DNA of 62,933 bases from Candidatus Omnitrophota bacterium (GCA_021108075.1 JAIORP010000115.1:1-62933); one strand, 5' to 3'; shown: positions 27,801 to 38,200, numbered from the stretch's first letter. Translations and numbers: made by a program. The notes: a model not told the origin generated them from the sequence alone.

Positions 27801-29221
27801 TTTCAAAACAGCAAAAGCAAATCTATAAACTGCTTGAATTAGAGAGAAAGACAGAAAAGATTGATTGGAAAAAACAAACACATGCGCTGTATAAAGAAGC
27901 GCTGAAGTTGTATAAAGAAGGCAATTATGTCGCGGCAAAGATGAAGTTTTTGTCAGTGGAAGGTATGCATCCCGGTTATAAAAGGGCGCAGTCCTACTTG
28001 GATAAAGTTGATGAAAAGATTGCATTGCAACGAACGCATTATTACTCGGGATATGACAAGAATAAAAAGGATTATGAATTTAACCAAAAGATGCTTGTCA
28101 AACGGATGGAGGGCGATGCTGCGGTCAATTCCAAAGAGGAAAAAGACCGATATGAATCCTGGTTGAATAAAGAAAAGCACTTGAACCAGTTAGAAATAGA
28201 TGAAGAAACACGGTTTGAAGAACGGCGGAAGGAAGAACAATTAGCAGAAAAGAAGGTGTCACGAGAAGAAAAAAGGTTAAAGAAAATCAAGGACCGCAGT
28301 GAGAGATACCGTAAGGCCAAAGAAGCCGGAAGGATCAAAGAAAAAATTAATCTTATCTACACCGAGGCCTTTGCCCTTTACAATGACGAAAAGTATGACT
28401 TAGCGGAAGACCAGTTCTTTCAGATGGACCGCTTGCTGACCAGGGATGTCTTTGGTCAGGCTTATGTGAAAAAGATGCAAAAGAAAATTCAGCATAAGAA
28501 AGAAGAATCAAAAAAACGAATTGAAAGACGCAAACAGAAAAGGATGGAAGCCTTACGGAGGAAAGAGGAGAAAGAGTTGTTGGCCTTTAGGGAAATAGAG
28601 CAGGAACGTTTAGATAAACTGAAAGAGTTGGAACAAAAAATTAAGGAAGATGAGGTCCGTTTAAAGAAGGAAAGAGAATCGTTTAAACTGGAATTGTCCA
28701 GGAAAAAGATTGAGACACAACAAGACCTCCTTGCAGAGTTTATTGATAATCAATATTCCGCCGAAGAGCGTGTTTTGAAACAAAAAATTGAGCATAAGAA
28801 GAAAGCCCTGGACCAGCGCTATCAGGAAATCAATACACGGATGAAAGTCGTTGATTCTGGAGGGGAAGTGGTTAGAAAGAATCGCCGTCAGAGCCAAGCT
28901 CAAGCTAAACGGAGTAACCGGGAATTTGAATCAAAGGTTAGATCATTTTATCAGAAAGCGGTCAAGGAATACAAGATCGGGTCATACCTGAAGGCCCGGA
29001 AGATGTTTCTGGACATACAAAAATTGTATCCTGGCTATAAAGGAACAGGTAAATATTTACATAAAATTGAACGATTAATAGATAATAAAAATAAAAAGAC
29101 GGTCAGTCAGCGAAAGAAATATTTTCAAATATATAATCAGGGTGATACCTCTCGGCAACCAAAGACCTCACGAGAACATTCAATATCAGCAGCATTAGAT
29201 GTTATCGAGCACAAGATGTAA
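24824..29221 (+). CDS. Secreted K/E-rich coiled-coil protein with 11 TPR-like modules (1465 aa)
   Basis: Signal peptide MILKKKYYILLFLITLFITPIVSAQE. An 11-fold recurring motif Y..A..LY....Y..A...F..V....P.Y....YL..I is separated by K/E/R-rich stretches. Confidence 0.75.
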   Translation: MILKKKYYILLFLITLFITPIVSAQELGKAQVPQPFKEQKLEEGFILDLKSLIEKSKKKIEKVDEKIKEQAVYRRNLQREEKARGLYQQALRLFEEEKYDKAGEIWEKAIVITGHPEMKDYMRTSVKRTKKKIKAMKKAEEVRIQQLEEDRGYTFKQVEKEYQTAISLYKKGQYLESRKRFEQVEKMFLDHKGTRSYLKLIDMHIQEEQKRLIAQKLKEKATERKKKKAEWRTTIANQEKEKSIEKKEKAANLYTEAIKLYKIQQYGSAKEKFKEIEWLLPNYRSTRKYLIKVKKAIRKEEERKKNHKERIIDERLEEVVNLRFEEQQKIRSSARKKLDKEKRLKEEADFIYKAALNLYNQKDYIGAHNKFKEVHEIYPFYKKTNKYIKKLAKKIVAIQRKKVDQEKADQEEPKKMESMDVRGENTELTPMQMQALSLAYDSAVSLYESKHYEMASARFEDIRGINPSYKKTALYLEKIDKILNKKKVIKPRSKKDLVRQKKKELNPVYQEGIKLFEQRQYLASKSLFEQVQKTIPNYKQTKKYLHDIKQAQYDDVEGFLNQTGLSTLPYNDKIVYEIRERRKQLVEQSEVKYKTALALYHTNKYQQSKQKFIELEAFYPGYKDVLMHLAKIDDEIARAVVPPDRKLEKIRIDNTQWEPEVFQRKIQVEQIVNDGSNRVENIYSEARALYKRKQYEEAFSKFLEVNQLQQGYKSVKPYMKKTERMIERLQLKKDRQQAKEQARLVKLKKFEAKKPGSHAAAEKKRLADIKAQEEEALKLAQEEEQLARDKIKEALRLEKIKKKKLAQKERQNTIAQKKQEKEQRRMEALKKKELKKNKKSQNLAKRLAEKESRRLEKLREKEEKEKKAAQLALQKELSEKNRLQDELKRQAEKEQAQSQKERDQLRLKRLKEKQDNLKAKQEAKARRKLEKEQKREEKRAQKQFKADQKEKNRYGTVYNSQEDEQQLSKRARKVQTGIKKDQGQVDRHKQKVVSKQQKQIYKLLELERKTEKIDWKKQTHALYKEALKLYKEGNYVAAKMKFLSVEGMHPGYKRAQSYLDKVDEKIALQRTHYYSGYDKNKKDYEFNQKMLVKRMEGDAAVNSKEEKDRYESWLNKEKHLNQLEIDEETRFEERRKEEQLAEKKVSREEKRLKKIKDRSERYRKAKEAGRIKEKINLIYTEAFALYNDEKYDLAEDQFFQMDRLLTRDVFGQAYVKKMQKKIQHKKEESKKRIERRKQKRMEALRRKEEKELLAFREIEQERLDKLKELEQKIKEDEVRLKKERESFKLELSRKKIETQQDLLAEFIDNQYSAEERVLKQKIEHKKKALDQRYQEINTRMKVVDSGGEVVRKNRRQSQAQAKRSNREFESKVRSFYQKAVKEYKIGSYLKARKMFLDIQKLYPGYKGTGKYLHKIERLIDNKNKKTVSQRKKYFQIYNQGDTSRQPKTSREHSISAALDVIEHKM

Positions 29222-29278
29222 CCCTATCGGTTCTAATTTCCTCAACACATAATTAACTTTATACAAAAAAGAGAACTT

Positions 29279-31201
29279 ATGAAGTTTTTGAAAAAATTAT
29301 TTATTGTGCTCTTTGTCCTGCTTGTTGTCATCGTCTCGGCTTTTTTTATTGCTGTGAGAGCGATCGATATCAATAAGGTTGCTAAGAAAATAGCCAATGA
29401 TTTAAGTTTGTCATTGGACTTAAATATCTCTGTTAAAGATGTGAGCGCGGAGTTTTCACCGACGAAGGGAGTCATTTTAAGATTAAAGGAAATAACGGTA
29501 GAAGACAATGTCCATGAAGGGATGTCCGTAAGTCCGTTTTTAAAAGTCAAAGCTTTGTTAGTGGATGTCAATATCAAAGAACTGATCAAAGAAAAAAAGT
29601 TGATTGTTGAACAGGTTGTTTTACAGTCAGCAGAATTTATCATGATCACGGATAAAGACGGTCACACGAACATTCCTTTTGAGAAATTTTCACGAATGTC
29701 CCAGGCCGATGACTCTGAAGATCAAGAGCGACAAACCGTGATATTGAAAGGCGGTGAGAATCAGACATCGCAGCCGGAGGGGGCATCACCACCAGAAGAA
29801 GATGAACGGATGAATATCATGCCCTTTAAAATTAAATCTGTAGTCTTAAAAGAAGCCTCAATACTCATCCATGATGAATCGTCGGAAGTTTTTAAGACAG
29901 GCTGGTATTTACCTGTCCAACAGCTAGACTTTGACCTCAACCAGTTTTCTCTCGATGATCAATTTTCATTTTCTATTAATGCGAGTATCTGGAGTGAGGA
30001 CACGAATGTCAGGGTTAAAGGCCGCGCATTGCTTGATCAAAATAAAAAGCAGATGCGCATTGATGATATGGTGTTAGAGTCTGATCTGAAATTACTATAC
30101 TTTGAGAAATTGTATTCCAGCTTCCCCATCGAAGATAAGGTTCTCATTGAGCGGGACTTGCAGGGTGAATTGAATATCACCATCCATCAAATGTTGCTCA
30201 GCGATGAAGGCATCCTTGTTTTTTTATCTGAAGCCGGGCTAAAAAAGGTTAAAACAATATTGAAAAAATTAAACATTCCGGCCAGTATTGATCTTAATGT
30301 CGAAATAACAGAGTCTGATATCAATGTGGCCAATTATAAATTCGACCTGGCTTCCGGTTCCATTTACGGGCGTGGGCGCATCAATGAGTATTTAGAAGAT
30401 CGCCAAGCGTTTGTTAATTTAACGGTGGAGAATATTTCTATCCTTGAATTATTGGAGAATATGTCCATGCCACTTACGATTGAAGGCCGTATTTTTGGTG
30501 CTTTAGACGCACAGGCTCTGCTCAATGACCTGTCATCAGATCAGGCCTCTCTTAAAGGGAATGGACAGTTCACGGTGAAAGACGGCCGGATTGTGGATGT
30601 CAATTTGTTTAAGGATATGATTGATCTGGTTTCTCAAATACCTGGCATATCGATCAAGGAGCAGCTTGATCGGCATATGCCCAGTGAATACAAAAAGAAA
30701 TTGCAGCAGAAGGATACGATCGTTAAGAATATTCAGGTGGAGATCCGATTAGAGAAGAGCAAAGTTATTTTTACGGATTTTATATTTGATGCCGAAGGTT
30801 TTATTATACGGGCTAAAGGCTCCATGGATTGGTCCCGGCATTTGGAGTTTCAAGGTGATTTCTATTTTCCTAAAGATTTATCGGATCTGATGGTTCGTAG
30901 CGCGTCTGAATTCAATCATTTCCTGGATGATAAGGGTTATGTGAGATTTCCATTGCAACCATATTCTGGCCCGGCGGCCTCGTTCAAACCAACACTTGAT
31001 CTGAAGAAGATCGCTGACATTGTGGTCAAGATCGGTAAGACATACATAAAAAAAATTATCACGGACGCGTTGGACTTTGAGGAAAATGAAATCAAATCAT
31101 CTGATGATCCAGCCGCTAACCTGGATCAAGGGCCGGAATCCTTATCTCCCGAGAAGGAATTTTTAAAGACTTTGATAGATACGGTCATTGATAAATTGTA
31201 G
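29279..31201 (+). CDS. AsmA-family protein
   Basis: N-terminal anchor MKFLKKLFIVLFVLLVVIVSAFF followed by the DLxxxL...V pattern of AsmA N-termini. C-terminal GNGQFTVKDGRIVDVNLFKDMIDLV resembles the AsmA_2 region. Confidence 0.6.
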   Translation: MKFLKKLFIVLFVLLVVIVSAFFIAVRAIDINKVAKKIANDLSLSLDLNISVKDVSAEFSPTKGVILRLKEITVEDNVHEGMSVSPFLKVKALLVDVNIKELIKEKKLIVEQVVLQSAEFIMITDKDGHTNIPFEKFSRMSQADDSEDQERQTVILKGGENQTSQPEGASPPEEDERMNIMPFKIKSVVLKEASILIHDESSEVFKTGWYLPVQQLDFDLNQFSLDDQFSFSINASIWSEDTNVRVKGRALLDQNKKQMRIDDMVLESDLKLLYFEKLYSSFPIEDKVLIERDLQGELNITIHQMLLSDEGILVFLSEAGLKKVKTILKKLNIPASIDLNVEITESDINVANYKFDLASGSIYGRGRINEYLEDRQAFVNLTVENISILELLENMSMPLTIEGRIFGALDAQALLNDLSSDQASLKGNGQFTVKDGRIVDVNLFKDMIDLVSQIPGISIKEQLDRHMPSEYKKKLQQKDTIVKNIQVEIRLEKSKVIFTDFIFDAEGFIIRAKGSMDWSRHLEFQGDFYFPKDLSDLMVRSASEFNHFLDDKGYVRFPLQPYSGPAASFKPTLDLKKIADIVVKIGKTYIKKIITDALDFEENEIKSSDDPAANLDQGPESLSPEKEFLKTLIDTVIDKL

Positions 31202-31433
31202 GACGATGTTAGGTGCCCGGGTAAGTTCTTAAAGAAAGCATATTGAGGGCATGACAGGTGTTCCTTGAAACATGCTGATAAAAGAAGTTGTAAAAGCATT
31301 AAAATCAACAGGTTAAGTATGTCCTGCCAATCAAAAAATATTATGAAAAATCTTGAGTTTGGGTTTTATTCAGGATATACTAAAATCATCACGTCGGCAT
31401 AATCGTTCTGCTTATGCCTAAATAGGAGATTGC

Positions 31434-32630
31434 ATGGCAATATTTTTTAATGATACACGCAGAAGCATTAGAATTAAAGAGAATAAAAAAATAGACTGGC
31501 AACTTAAAGACAGCGCGTCGAAAGGGTCTGGACGTATCCGCAATATCAGCAAGACCGGAATGCTCCTCGAAACAAAATCTCTGAAAGAACCGGATGGAGA
31601 CTTTGTTATTTTTAATCCTTCCCATAAAACCGATTACATTCCTGAAAAAGGCCGTTTAATGTGGCGGAAGAAAAAAAATTATTCCCGGAATCGCTGGTTA
31701 TATGGCGTACAGTTTGACAATCCGTCGACAACGAAAGTCGCCGGTCTTCAAGAAAGAATTCAAAAAGGACTTATTTCCCAGGAAACTATTTTTAAGACAG
31801 AGAAAATTGTTAATGCTTTAGTGATTCCGGCCGTAGCGGCTTTATTAGGGTATGTTTTATTCATGAGCATTGAAGTCTATCGAAACATTCGGACGTCAAA
31901 TCAACGCATGCTGGATTCTTTTGCGGAGCATTCTTATCTGACGAGGAATTACTCATTGATGTATAAAGACCTTCAAACCAGGTATTATGATCTTTCGTCT
32001 GAAATGTCCGGGGTTAAAGACGAGCTGGTTACAACGAAAGATTTGTATCAGGAAAGTGAAATCATCTTAATGAACGTCAATAAAGATTTAACCTCAACAA
32101 AAAGCATTTTAACAAAGACGGAATTGATGCTCTTACAAGCAAAGACCAATAACGCCAAATTGTCTGGAGATTTAAATGGCCTTAAAAAAATTAATGATGA
32201 ACGGCTCACGGAAATGACACGGATCAAGAACGAGTTAGGGACTTCGATTGTTGCTCTACAAGAAAAAAATGTCCGCTTGAATAATGAAATGGAACGTATT
32301 CAAGACAGATTGTCTTACTACGACGGTAACGTTAAAAATATGGAAGAGAGCGAAGCTTTGTTGACCATGTATCACGGCAAGATGAAGTTGGTGAAGTTAA
32401 AAATTAAGCAATTTAAACAAGAAGCCCGGCTGGTTCATATCGCTGCACGAAAAGAAAGTGACCGGATGCGCCTGCTCATCGGCAACAATGGATATCTTGT
32501 TCGAGACGGAAAAACTGTTGTTGTTGATTCCGAGAAATATAACAATTTGATCTTCGGACAACCGCAACAAACGGCCGCAACATCGACAGATGATAAAAGT
32601 GTGAAGATAAACGTTAATTTCGTTGAATAA
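31434..32630 (+). CDS. PilZ domain protein with TM helix and coiled-coil C-terminus
   Basis: RRSIRI (RxxxR) and NISKTG (D/NxSxxG) motifs, a TM helix near ALVIPAVAALLGYVLFMSI, and heptad-like sequence after it. Confidence 0.6.
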   Translation: MAIFFNDTRRSIRIKENKKIDWQLKDSASKGSGRIRNISKTGMLLETKSLKEPDGDFVIFNPSHKTDYIPEKGRLMWRKKKNYSRNRWLYGVQFDNPSTTKVAGLQERIQKGLISQETIFKTEKIVNALVIPAVAALLGYVLFMSIEVYRNIRTSNQRMLDSFAEHSYLTRNYSLMYKDLQTRYYDLSSEMSGVKDELVTTKDLYQESEIILMNVNKDLTSTKSILTKTELMLLQAKTNNAKLSGDLNGLKKINDERLTEMTRIKNELGTSIVALQEKNVRLNNEMERIQDRLSYYDGNVKNMEESEALLTMYHGKMKLVKLKIKQFKQEARLVHIAARKESDRMRLLIGNNGYLVRDGKTVVVDSEKYNNLIFGQPQQTAATSTDDKSVKINVNFVE

Positions 32631-32714
32631 TCTGTTGTTAACATGAGAATTAACCCTTCCCTGAATAATCCCTTCGAGTTTTTTAACCATTATCTTAAAA
32701 TTTGATAAGGAATT

Positions 32715-33500
32715 ATGCGCAAGAAATATTTTGGACGGGTGAGATATATTAAAGAATCGCAGCATACGATCGCAATTCCAAATGGCCGCATTGATTTTAC
32801 ACTGAAAAAATCATCCCGCCGTCGCACGATCAGTATTTCTGTCGATAAGAAAGCGCGCATAGCGGTTGCGGCGCCGTCATATTCCGCTGATAAAGAAATT
32901 TTTCAGTTTATCAATGAGAAGGCCAAATGGATATCAGATAAAGTCATTGAGGCCCAGAAATATCAGGATGATGTTAATCAAAAAAAATTTGAGCACGGAT
33001 ATTATTTTTTGTTTATGGGGAAAGAATACCCGATCAAGATAGAACAACGTGACCGTAAAAGAACATTGATCACATTCAATGGGAGTTGCTGGCAAGTTTT
33101 ATTGGCCGACCACATCGGCCCGCAACAACGCCAAAAACATATTAAGGAAAAAATGTTGAAATGGTACCGGGAACAAGCAAAGGAAGTTCTTGGTGGCCGA
33201 ATATTTCATTTTGCGCGCATCATCGGCTTGGGTCCTCAACGCATTGCCATCAGATCACAGAAAAGAGTATGGGGGAATTGTGACACGAGGACGCAAACCA
33301 TCAATTTGAATTGGCAAATAATTCTCACGCCCTTAAGCGTCATCGATTATATTATTGTGCATGAACTTTGTCACCTGAAAGTTCCCAACCATTCGCAACG
33401 ATTTTGGCTCGAAGTTAAGAAAATTTTGCCGCAATATAAAGAATCTGTCAAATGGTTGAAGATCCATGCCATTGATTTAGCCATACCTGAAGATGATTAA
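32715..33500 (+). CDS. YgjP-like (DUF45/M48-related) metal-dependent hydrolase
   Basis: WGNCDTRTQTINLNWQIILTPLSVIDYIIVHELCHLKVPNHSQRFW, which contains HExxH. Confidence 0.85.
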   Translation: MRKKYFGRVRYIKESQHTIAIPNGRIDFTLKKSSRRRTISISVDKKARIAVAAPSYSADKEIFQFINEKAKWISDKVIEAQKYQDDVNQKKFEHGYYFLFMGKEYPIKIEQRDRKRTLITFNGSCWQVLLADHIGPQQRQKHIKEKMLKWYREQAKEVLGGRIFHFARIIGLGPQRIAIRSQKRVWGNCDTRTQTINLNWQIILTPLSVIDYIIVHELCHLKVPNHSQRFWLEVKKILPQYKESVKWLKIHAIDLAIPEDD

Positions 33501-33568
33501 GATTCATAGAGATAAATATTTTCATGTTTTTATTGTTGATAGGTCATTTAAAGAACATGGGGAAACGC

Positions 33569-33820
33569 ATGACGTTTTATAATGATCAAAAGCCATTTCA
33601 AACGATTAATATCAAGGTTATTCCTGGAGCCAGGAAGAATCGAGTAAGAGAGGAATCCGGACTTTTAAAGGTTTACATCCAGGCCCCGGCTGTCGATGGC
33701 AAGGCTAATAAAGCCCTGATTGATTATTTAGCCGATTATTATAATGTTCGTAAATCCCAGGTTACGATAATAAAAGGATTGAAATCCCGTCTTAAAACAA
33801 TTAGTATAAATGGCGTTTGA
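33569..33820 (+). CDS. DUF167 (YggU) family protein
   Basis: IKVIPGARKNRV...LKVYIQAPAVDGKANKALIDYLADYYNVRKSQVTIIKGLKSRLK. The start was chosen at the ATG with gggga upstream. The ORF is open from 33524. Confidence 0.8.
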   Translation: MTFYNDQKPFQTINIKVIPGARKNRVREESGLLKVYIQAPAVDGKANKALIDYLADYYNVRKSQVTIIKGLKSRLKTISINGV

Positions 33821-33910
33821 GTAGCCGTCACGCTAAAGAGCGTTTGAGAAATAGAATATTGGAAAAAAAGGCTTATCGGTGGATGGACCTTTTGGCCGCA
33901 GGAGGTGAAT

Positions 33911-34357
33911 ATGTTGAATGAACAGGTGAATAAGGATTATGTCGCAGCAATGAAAGCGAGAGACACTATCCGTTCGTCTACGTTAAGCTTTTTAAGGGCG
34001 CAACTGAAAAATGTCATGATTGATAACAAGCTGGATCAATTGGATGATGCGCAAGTCCTCGCGGTCATAAGGAAACAAGTCAAGCAACGCAAGGACTCGA
34101 TAGAACAGTTTATAAATGCTGGACGTCAGGATTTAGTAGACAAGGAACAAGCGGAATGGGATGTCTTAAAAGCTTACTTGCCTGCGGAAATGGATGATGC
34201 GGCGCTGGACGCGATTGTCCGTGAGGTTATTCAAGCCCTAGGTGCTCAATCCATGAAGGACATGGGCCGTGTGATGAAAGACGTTGTGGAAAGAACTGCC
34301 GGCCAGGCCGATAATAAACGTATTAGTGATTGTGTTAAAAATATGTTAACAGGATAG
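33911..34357 (+). CDS. GatB/YqeY domain-containing protein
   Basis: YVAAMKARD...LSFLRAQLKN...IRKQVKQRKDSIEQF..GRQDLV.KE..E..VL..YLP. ggagg lies 5 nt upstream of the ATG at 33911. Confidence 0.85.
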   Translation: MLNEQVNKDYVAAMKARDTIRSSTLSFLRAQLKNVMIDNKLDQLDDAQVLAVIRKQVKQRKDSIEQFINAGRQDLVDKEQAEWDVLKAYLPAEMDDAALDAIVREVIQALGAQSMKDMGRVMKDVVERTAGQADNKRISDCVKNMLTG

Positions 34358-34363
34358 GACTGA

Positions 34364-35152
34364 ATGGCAAAAAAGCATATAAAATTATTTTTTATTTTTT
34401 TTTTGCTCATCTTTATTGCCGGGGCATCAGCGGCATATTTTTGGATTTCTCCGCAGTATGTTGTTCCGATTATGATGTATCATCAGGTTGAGGCCATTGA
34501 TCATCATGAGGCAAATTGGGTCCAACCTGTTCATTTTGAACAGCAGATGGAATACTTATCCAGGTATAAATACAATGTTATTTCCCTGAGTGAATTGATT
34601 GATACGATCGGACAGAATAAGGTCTTACCGAGGAATACGGTCGTGATAACATTTGACGATGGGTATAAAAACAATTATACTAATGCATTCCCAATTTTGA
34701 AAAAGTATCAATTCCCGGCAACGGTCTTCATGCCTTCGGATAAAGTCGGTTTGGAAGGCCGCTTAAGTTATAAAGAAATTCAGGAGATGTTGGCGCATCA
34801 TGTTGATTTTGGCAGTCACACGCGTACGGAGTCTTATTTACCCGACCTTGACAAAGAGCAATGGGTTAAAGAAATTGAACAAAGCAAGAACATTTTAGAC
34901 CAATTATTAGGGAAGAATATTGACCTTTTTGCTTATCCCATTGGCGGTTTCAGCAACGAGATCAAGCAACTTGTCAAGGATTCCGGTTATAAAGGCGCTT
35001 GTACGACGAATAGAGGGTATGATCGCTATAACCGGGATGTCTATGAATTGAACCGCATTCGTTTCAGCAGCAAGGATGATAGTTCTTTTGTGCTTTGGGC
35101 GAAGTTGTCCGGTTATTATAATCTGTTTCGAAAACTAAAGAATCCTCAATAA
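34364..35152 (+). CDS. Polysaccharide deacetylase (NodB homology domain), membrane-anchored
   Basis: N-terminal TM helix, TFDDGY motif and FGSHTRTE histidine motif. Confidence 0.85.
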   Translation: MAKKHIKLFFIFFLLIFIAGASAAYFWISPQYVVPIMMYHQVEAIDHHEANWVQPVHFEQQMEYLSRYKYNVISLSELIDTIGQNKVLPRNTVVITFDDGYKNNYTNAFPILKKYQFPATVFMPSDKVGLEGRLSYKEIQEMLAHHVDFGSHTRTESYLPDLDKEQWVKEIEQSKNILDQLLGKNIDLFAYPIGGFSNEIKQLVKDSGYKGACTTNRGYDRYNRDVYELNRIRFSSKDDSSFVLWAKLSGYYNLFRKLKNPQ

Positions 35153-35209
35153 AAATGATGAGGTTAATCTCAGGCTTAAGCTGAAAACAATAGAAAGAGA
35201 AGGAACATA

Positions 35210-38200
35210 ATGGTTAACCAGGTTCGGACGTCAACGGATGTGCGGTATTTTTTAAATGAAAATGGCTGCTTTGTCATTGAAAATTACAATCATAGCAAAC
35301 TTTTCAGCAATTTTTTTCCCGGGATAGCCGGCTTGTGGGGCATTCCAATGTGGGTTTTTTATGTGAACCGCGGGCAATGTTTGACAAGTTTCGGCATTGA
35401 ATCTAAAGACAAAGCGATCATGGAGTTTCAACCGGCCAACAAGGCATACCGCCTGACATCCTTGCAGGGGTTTCGAACGTTTATCAAATGTCAACAAGGG
35501 GACTGTGTTAAATACTGGGAGCCGTTCCAGGATTATATCCTAGGGTCTGAATATCAAAAAGAAACGTCTTTGTATATAACCGCGCATGACTTGACACTAC
35601 AGGAAATTAATCATGACTTGGGCCTGATCGCCACTGTCAACTATTTTACCTTGCCGGAAGAACCTTTTTCTGCCTTGGTCAGAAAAGTAACCATCAAGAA
35701 TATGGACGGGGAGGCTAAGTCTCTGCAGGTTATTGACGGGCTGCCCAAGATTGTTCCGTACGGACTGAACGATTGGTTGATTAAACATATTTCGCGGACG
35801 GTGGAAGCCTGGGTCAAAGTGCGCAATTGTGAGAACAAAGCTCCGTTCTACCACTTGACTGTTGAAGTTTCAGACACGCCGGAAGTGACCCATATCGATG
35901 AAGGGAATTTTTTCTTCAGCTTTGATCCTTCCCATCAAGATAAGCCCTTGCTGGACCCTATTGTTGAAGCCGATTGTGTTTTTGGCGCTTCCAGTGATTT
36001 TATTGCTCCAGCCGCATTCTTAGAGGAATCGTTTGCTGTTCCGAATGTTCAGAGGACGAGCAACCGCACGCCCTCTGCGATGAGTTATATGGCATCCAAT
36101 CTTCCGCCACATGCTGAGAAAAGTATCGTTTCCTTATTTGGTTTTGCCTATGATCAGGATCAATTGAACGGCATTGTCGAACAAGTCAAGGTTGAAGGTT
36201 TTATTGATCAGAAAGCTCAACGGAATATTGAAATTATTAATGAGATCAAGCATTTTTCTTTTACAAAGAGCAGTGACGAAACGTTCAACCTTTACGCCGG
36301 ATGCACATTCTTAGATAATATTATGCGGGGTGGCCTGCCGGTTTCATTGAAAACCAGTGAAGGGAAAACGGTCATCAACGTTTACAGCCGTAAGCATGGT
36401 GATCTCGAACGTGATTATAATCACTTCATCGTTGCTCCGACGTTTTATTCGCAGGGCAATGGAAATTACCGGGATGTGAACCAAAACCGTCGAAATGATG
36501 TTTGGTTTAACACGGACGTTAAAGACAGTCATTTGATTGATTTTATGAATTTGATTCAAGCGGATGGTTATAATCCACTGGTTATTCGGGGGACGACGTT
36601 CACCATCAAGGATAAAACTCAGATCGATGGATTGCTGAAGAAGTATATCACCGGTGATCTTCCTGAAACATTGAAGCCCTTTTTGGAAGGCAATTTTCTC
36701 TTAGGTTCGCTGTTGGAATTTATTCATTTGAATAAAATTCAATTGAAAGGGGTGACCAAGGATTTTTTGGGCGAAATTATTGAGATGTCGCGTAAGCAGG
36801 AAACCGCTGATCATGGTGAAGGATTTTGGAGCGATCACTGGACATATAATCTGGATTTGATGGAGAGCTATTTGGCATTGTATCCCGAGGAACTTGAATC
36901 ATTATTAATAGAGAAGAACGTGTTCTTTTTCTATTTTAATAAGAACTATGTCTTGCCGCGTGATCAGAAATATGTGTTAACGCCGCACGGTGTGCGTCAG
37001 TATAAATCGGTTTACCATGCCCCTGCCACAGATTCCGACACCCAGGAAGAACCTGTACTGAAAACAAAGAATGGAGACGGGGCTGTCTACATGACGACCC
37101 TCATGAGCAAGATCCTGTGTTTGATTGCGAACAAATCAGCCACTCTGGACCCGAGCGGGGTCGGTGTGGAAATGGAAGCGGATAAACCGAATTGGTATGA
37201 TGCCCTGAACGGTTTGCCCGGTTTAGTCGGATCTTCGATCTCAGAAACCTTTGAATTAAAGCGTATAACTGTGTTCTTGTTAGAATCGATTAAAAAATTG
37301 GCATTAAAGGATGATTTGAAAATTATGGTCTTTGAGGAATTAAGCACGTTCATTTCGGGTTTAACAAATATTTTATCTTTTGCCTCGGATGACTTAGCCT
37401 ACTGGATAAAATCCAATGATATCAAGGAACATTACCGCCAACGCATTCGCCAGGGGATAGAGGGAACAGAGAAAGAGCTGAGTATTTCTGAGATCCGGAG
37501 TTTTTTAACGGCCGTGATCAAGAAGACGGATCAAGCGATTGAAAAGGCTTACGATGATCAGGGTTTTTTGAGAACATATTTTTATCATGACGTTGTTGAA
37601 TATCAAATGCTTGACAAATCCGGCCATTCCAGTGATACGCCGTATGTGCACCCGACTAAGTTTCAATTGAAGCGCCTGCCTTTATTTTTGGAAGGGTATG
37701 TGCATGCTTTACGGGTCAGCCAGAATGATCCGGACACCGCAGCCAAACTCTATCAGCAGGTTCGTGAGAGTGATTTGTATGACAACAAGCTGGGCATGTA
37801 CAAAGTCAATACGGACTTATCCGGTGAGACAGAAGAAATCGGCCGAACGCGAATTTTTCCGTCGGGGTGGCTGGAGAACGAATCGATCTGGCTGCACATG
37901 GAATATAAATTTCTGCTGGAACTCCTGCGCTCCGGCCAATATGAGGCTTTCTATGACAATATCAAAACGGTCCTGGTACCATTTCTGCGCCCGGAAACCT
38001 ACGGACGCAGCACGCTTGAGAATTCCTCCTTTATCGTCAGCAGCGCCCATGAAGATGACGCATTGCATGGACAAGGTTTCGTCGCGCGGCTATCCGGCAG
38101 CACCGCGGAATTCTTACACATTTGGTTATGCATGAATGTCGGGGTCAATCCGTTTTATATGGACGCCCAATCAGGTCTGAATCTAATATTTAAGCCTGCA

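Noticed and set aside
24968-28903. Many long antisense ORFs (80-114 aa, F/L/S-rich) opposite the 1465-aa K/E-rich gene.
   Set aside because: The sense strand is rich in AAA/GAA codons, so the antisense strand is rich in TTT/TTC and carries few stop codons. The translations are featureless F/L repeats and are not credible genes.
37698-38135. A 145-aa + strand alternate-frame ORF and - strand ORFs inside the 1099-aa gene.
   Set aside because: They are embedded in a long intact ORF. Their composition (R/C/W-rich) is typical of off-frame translation.
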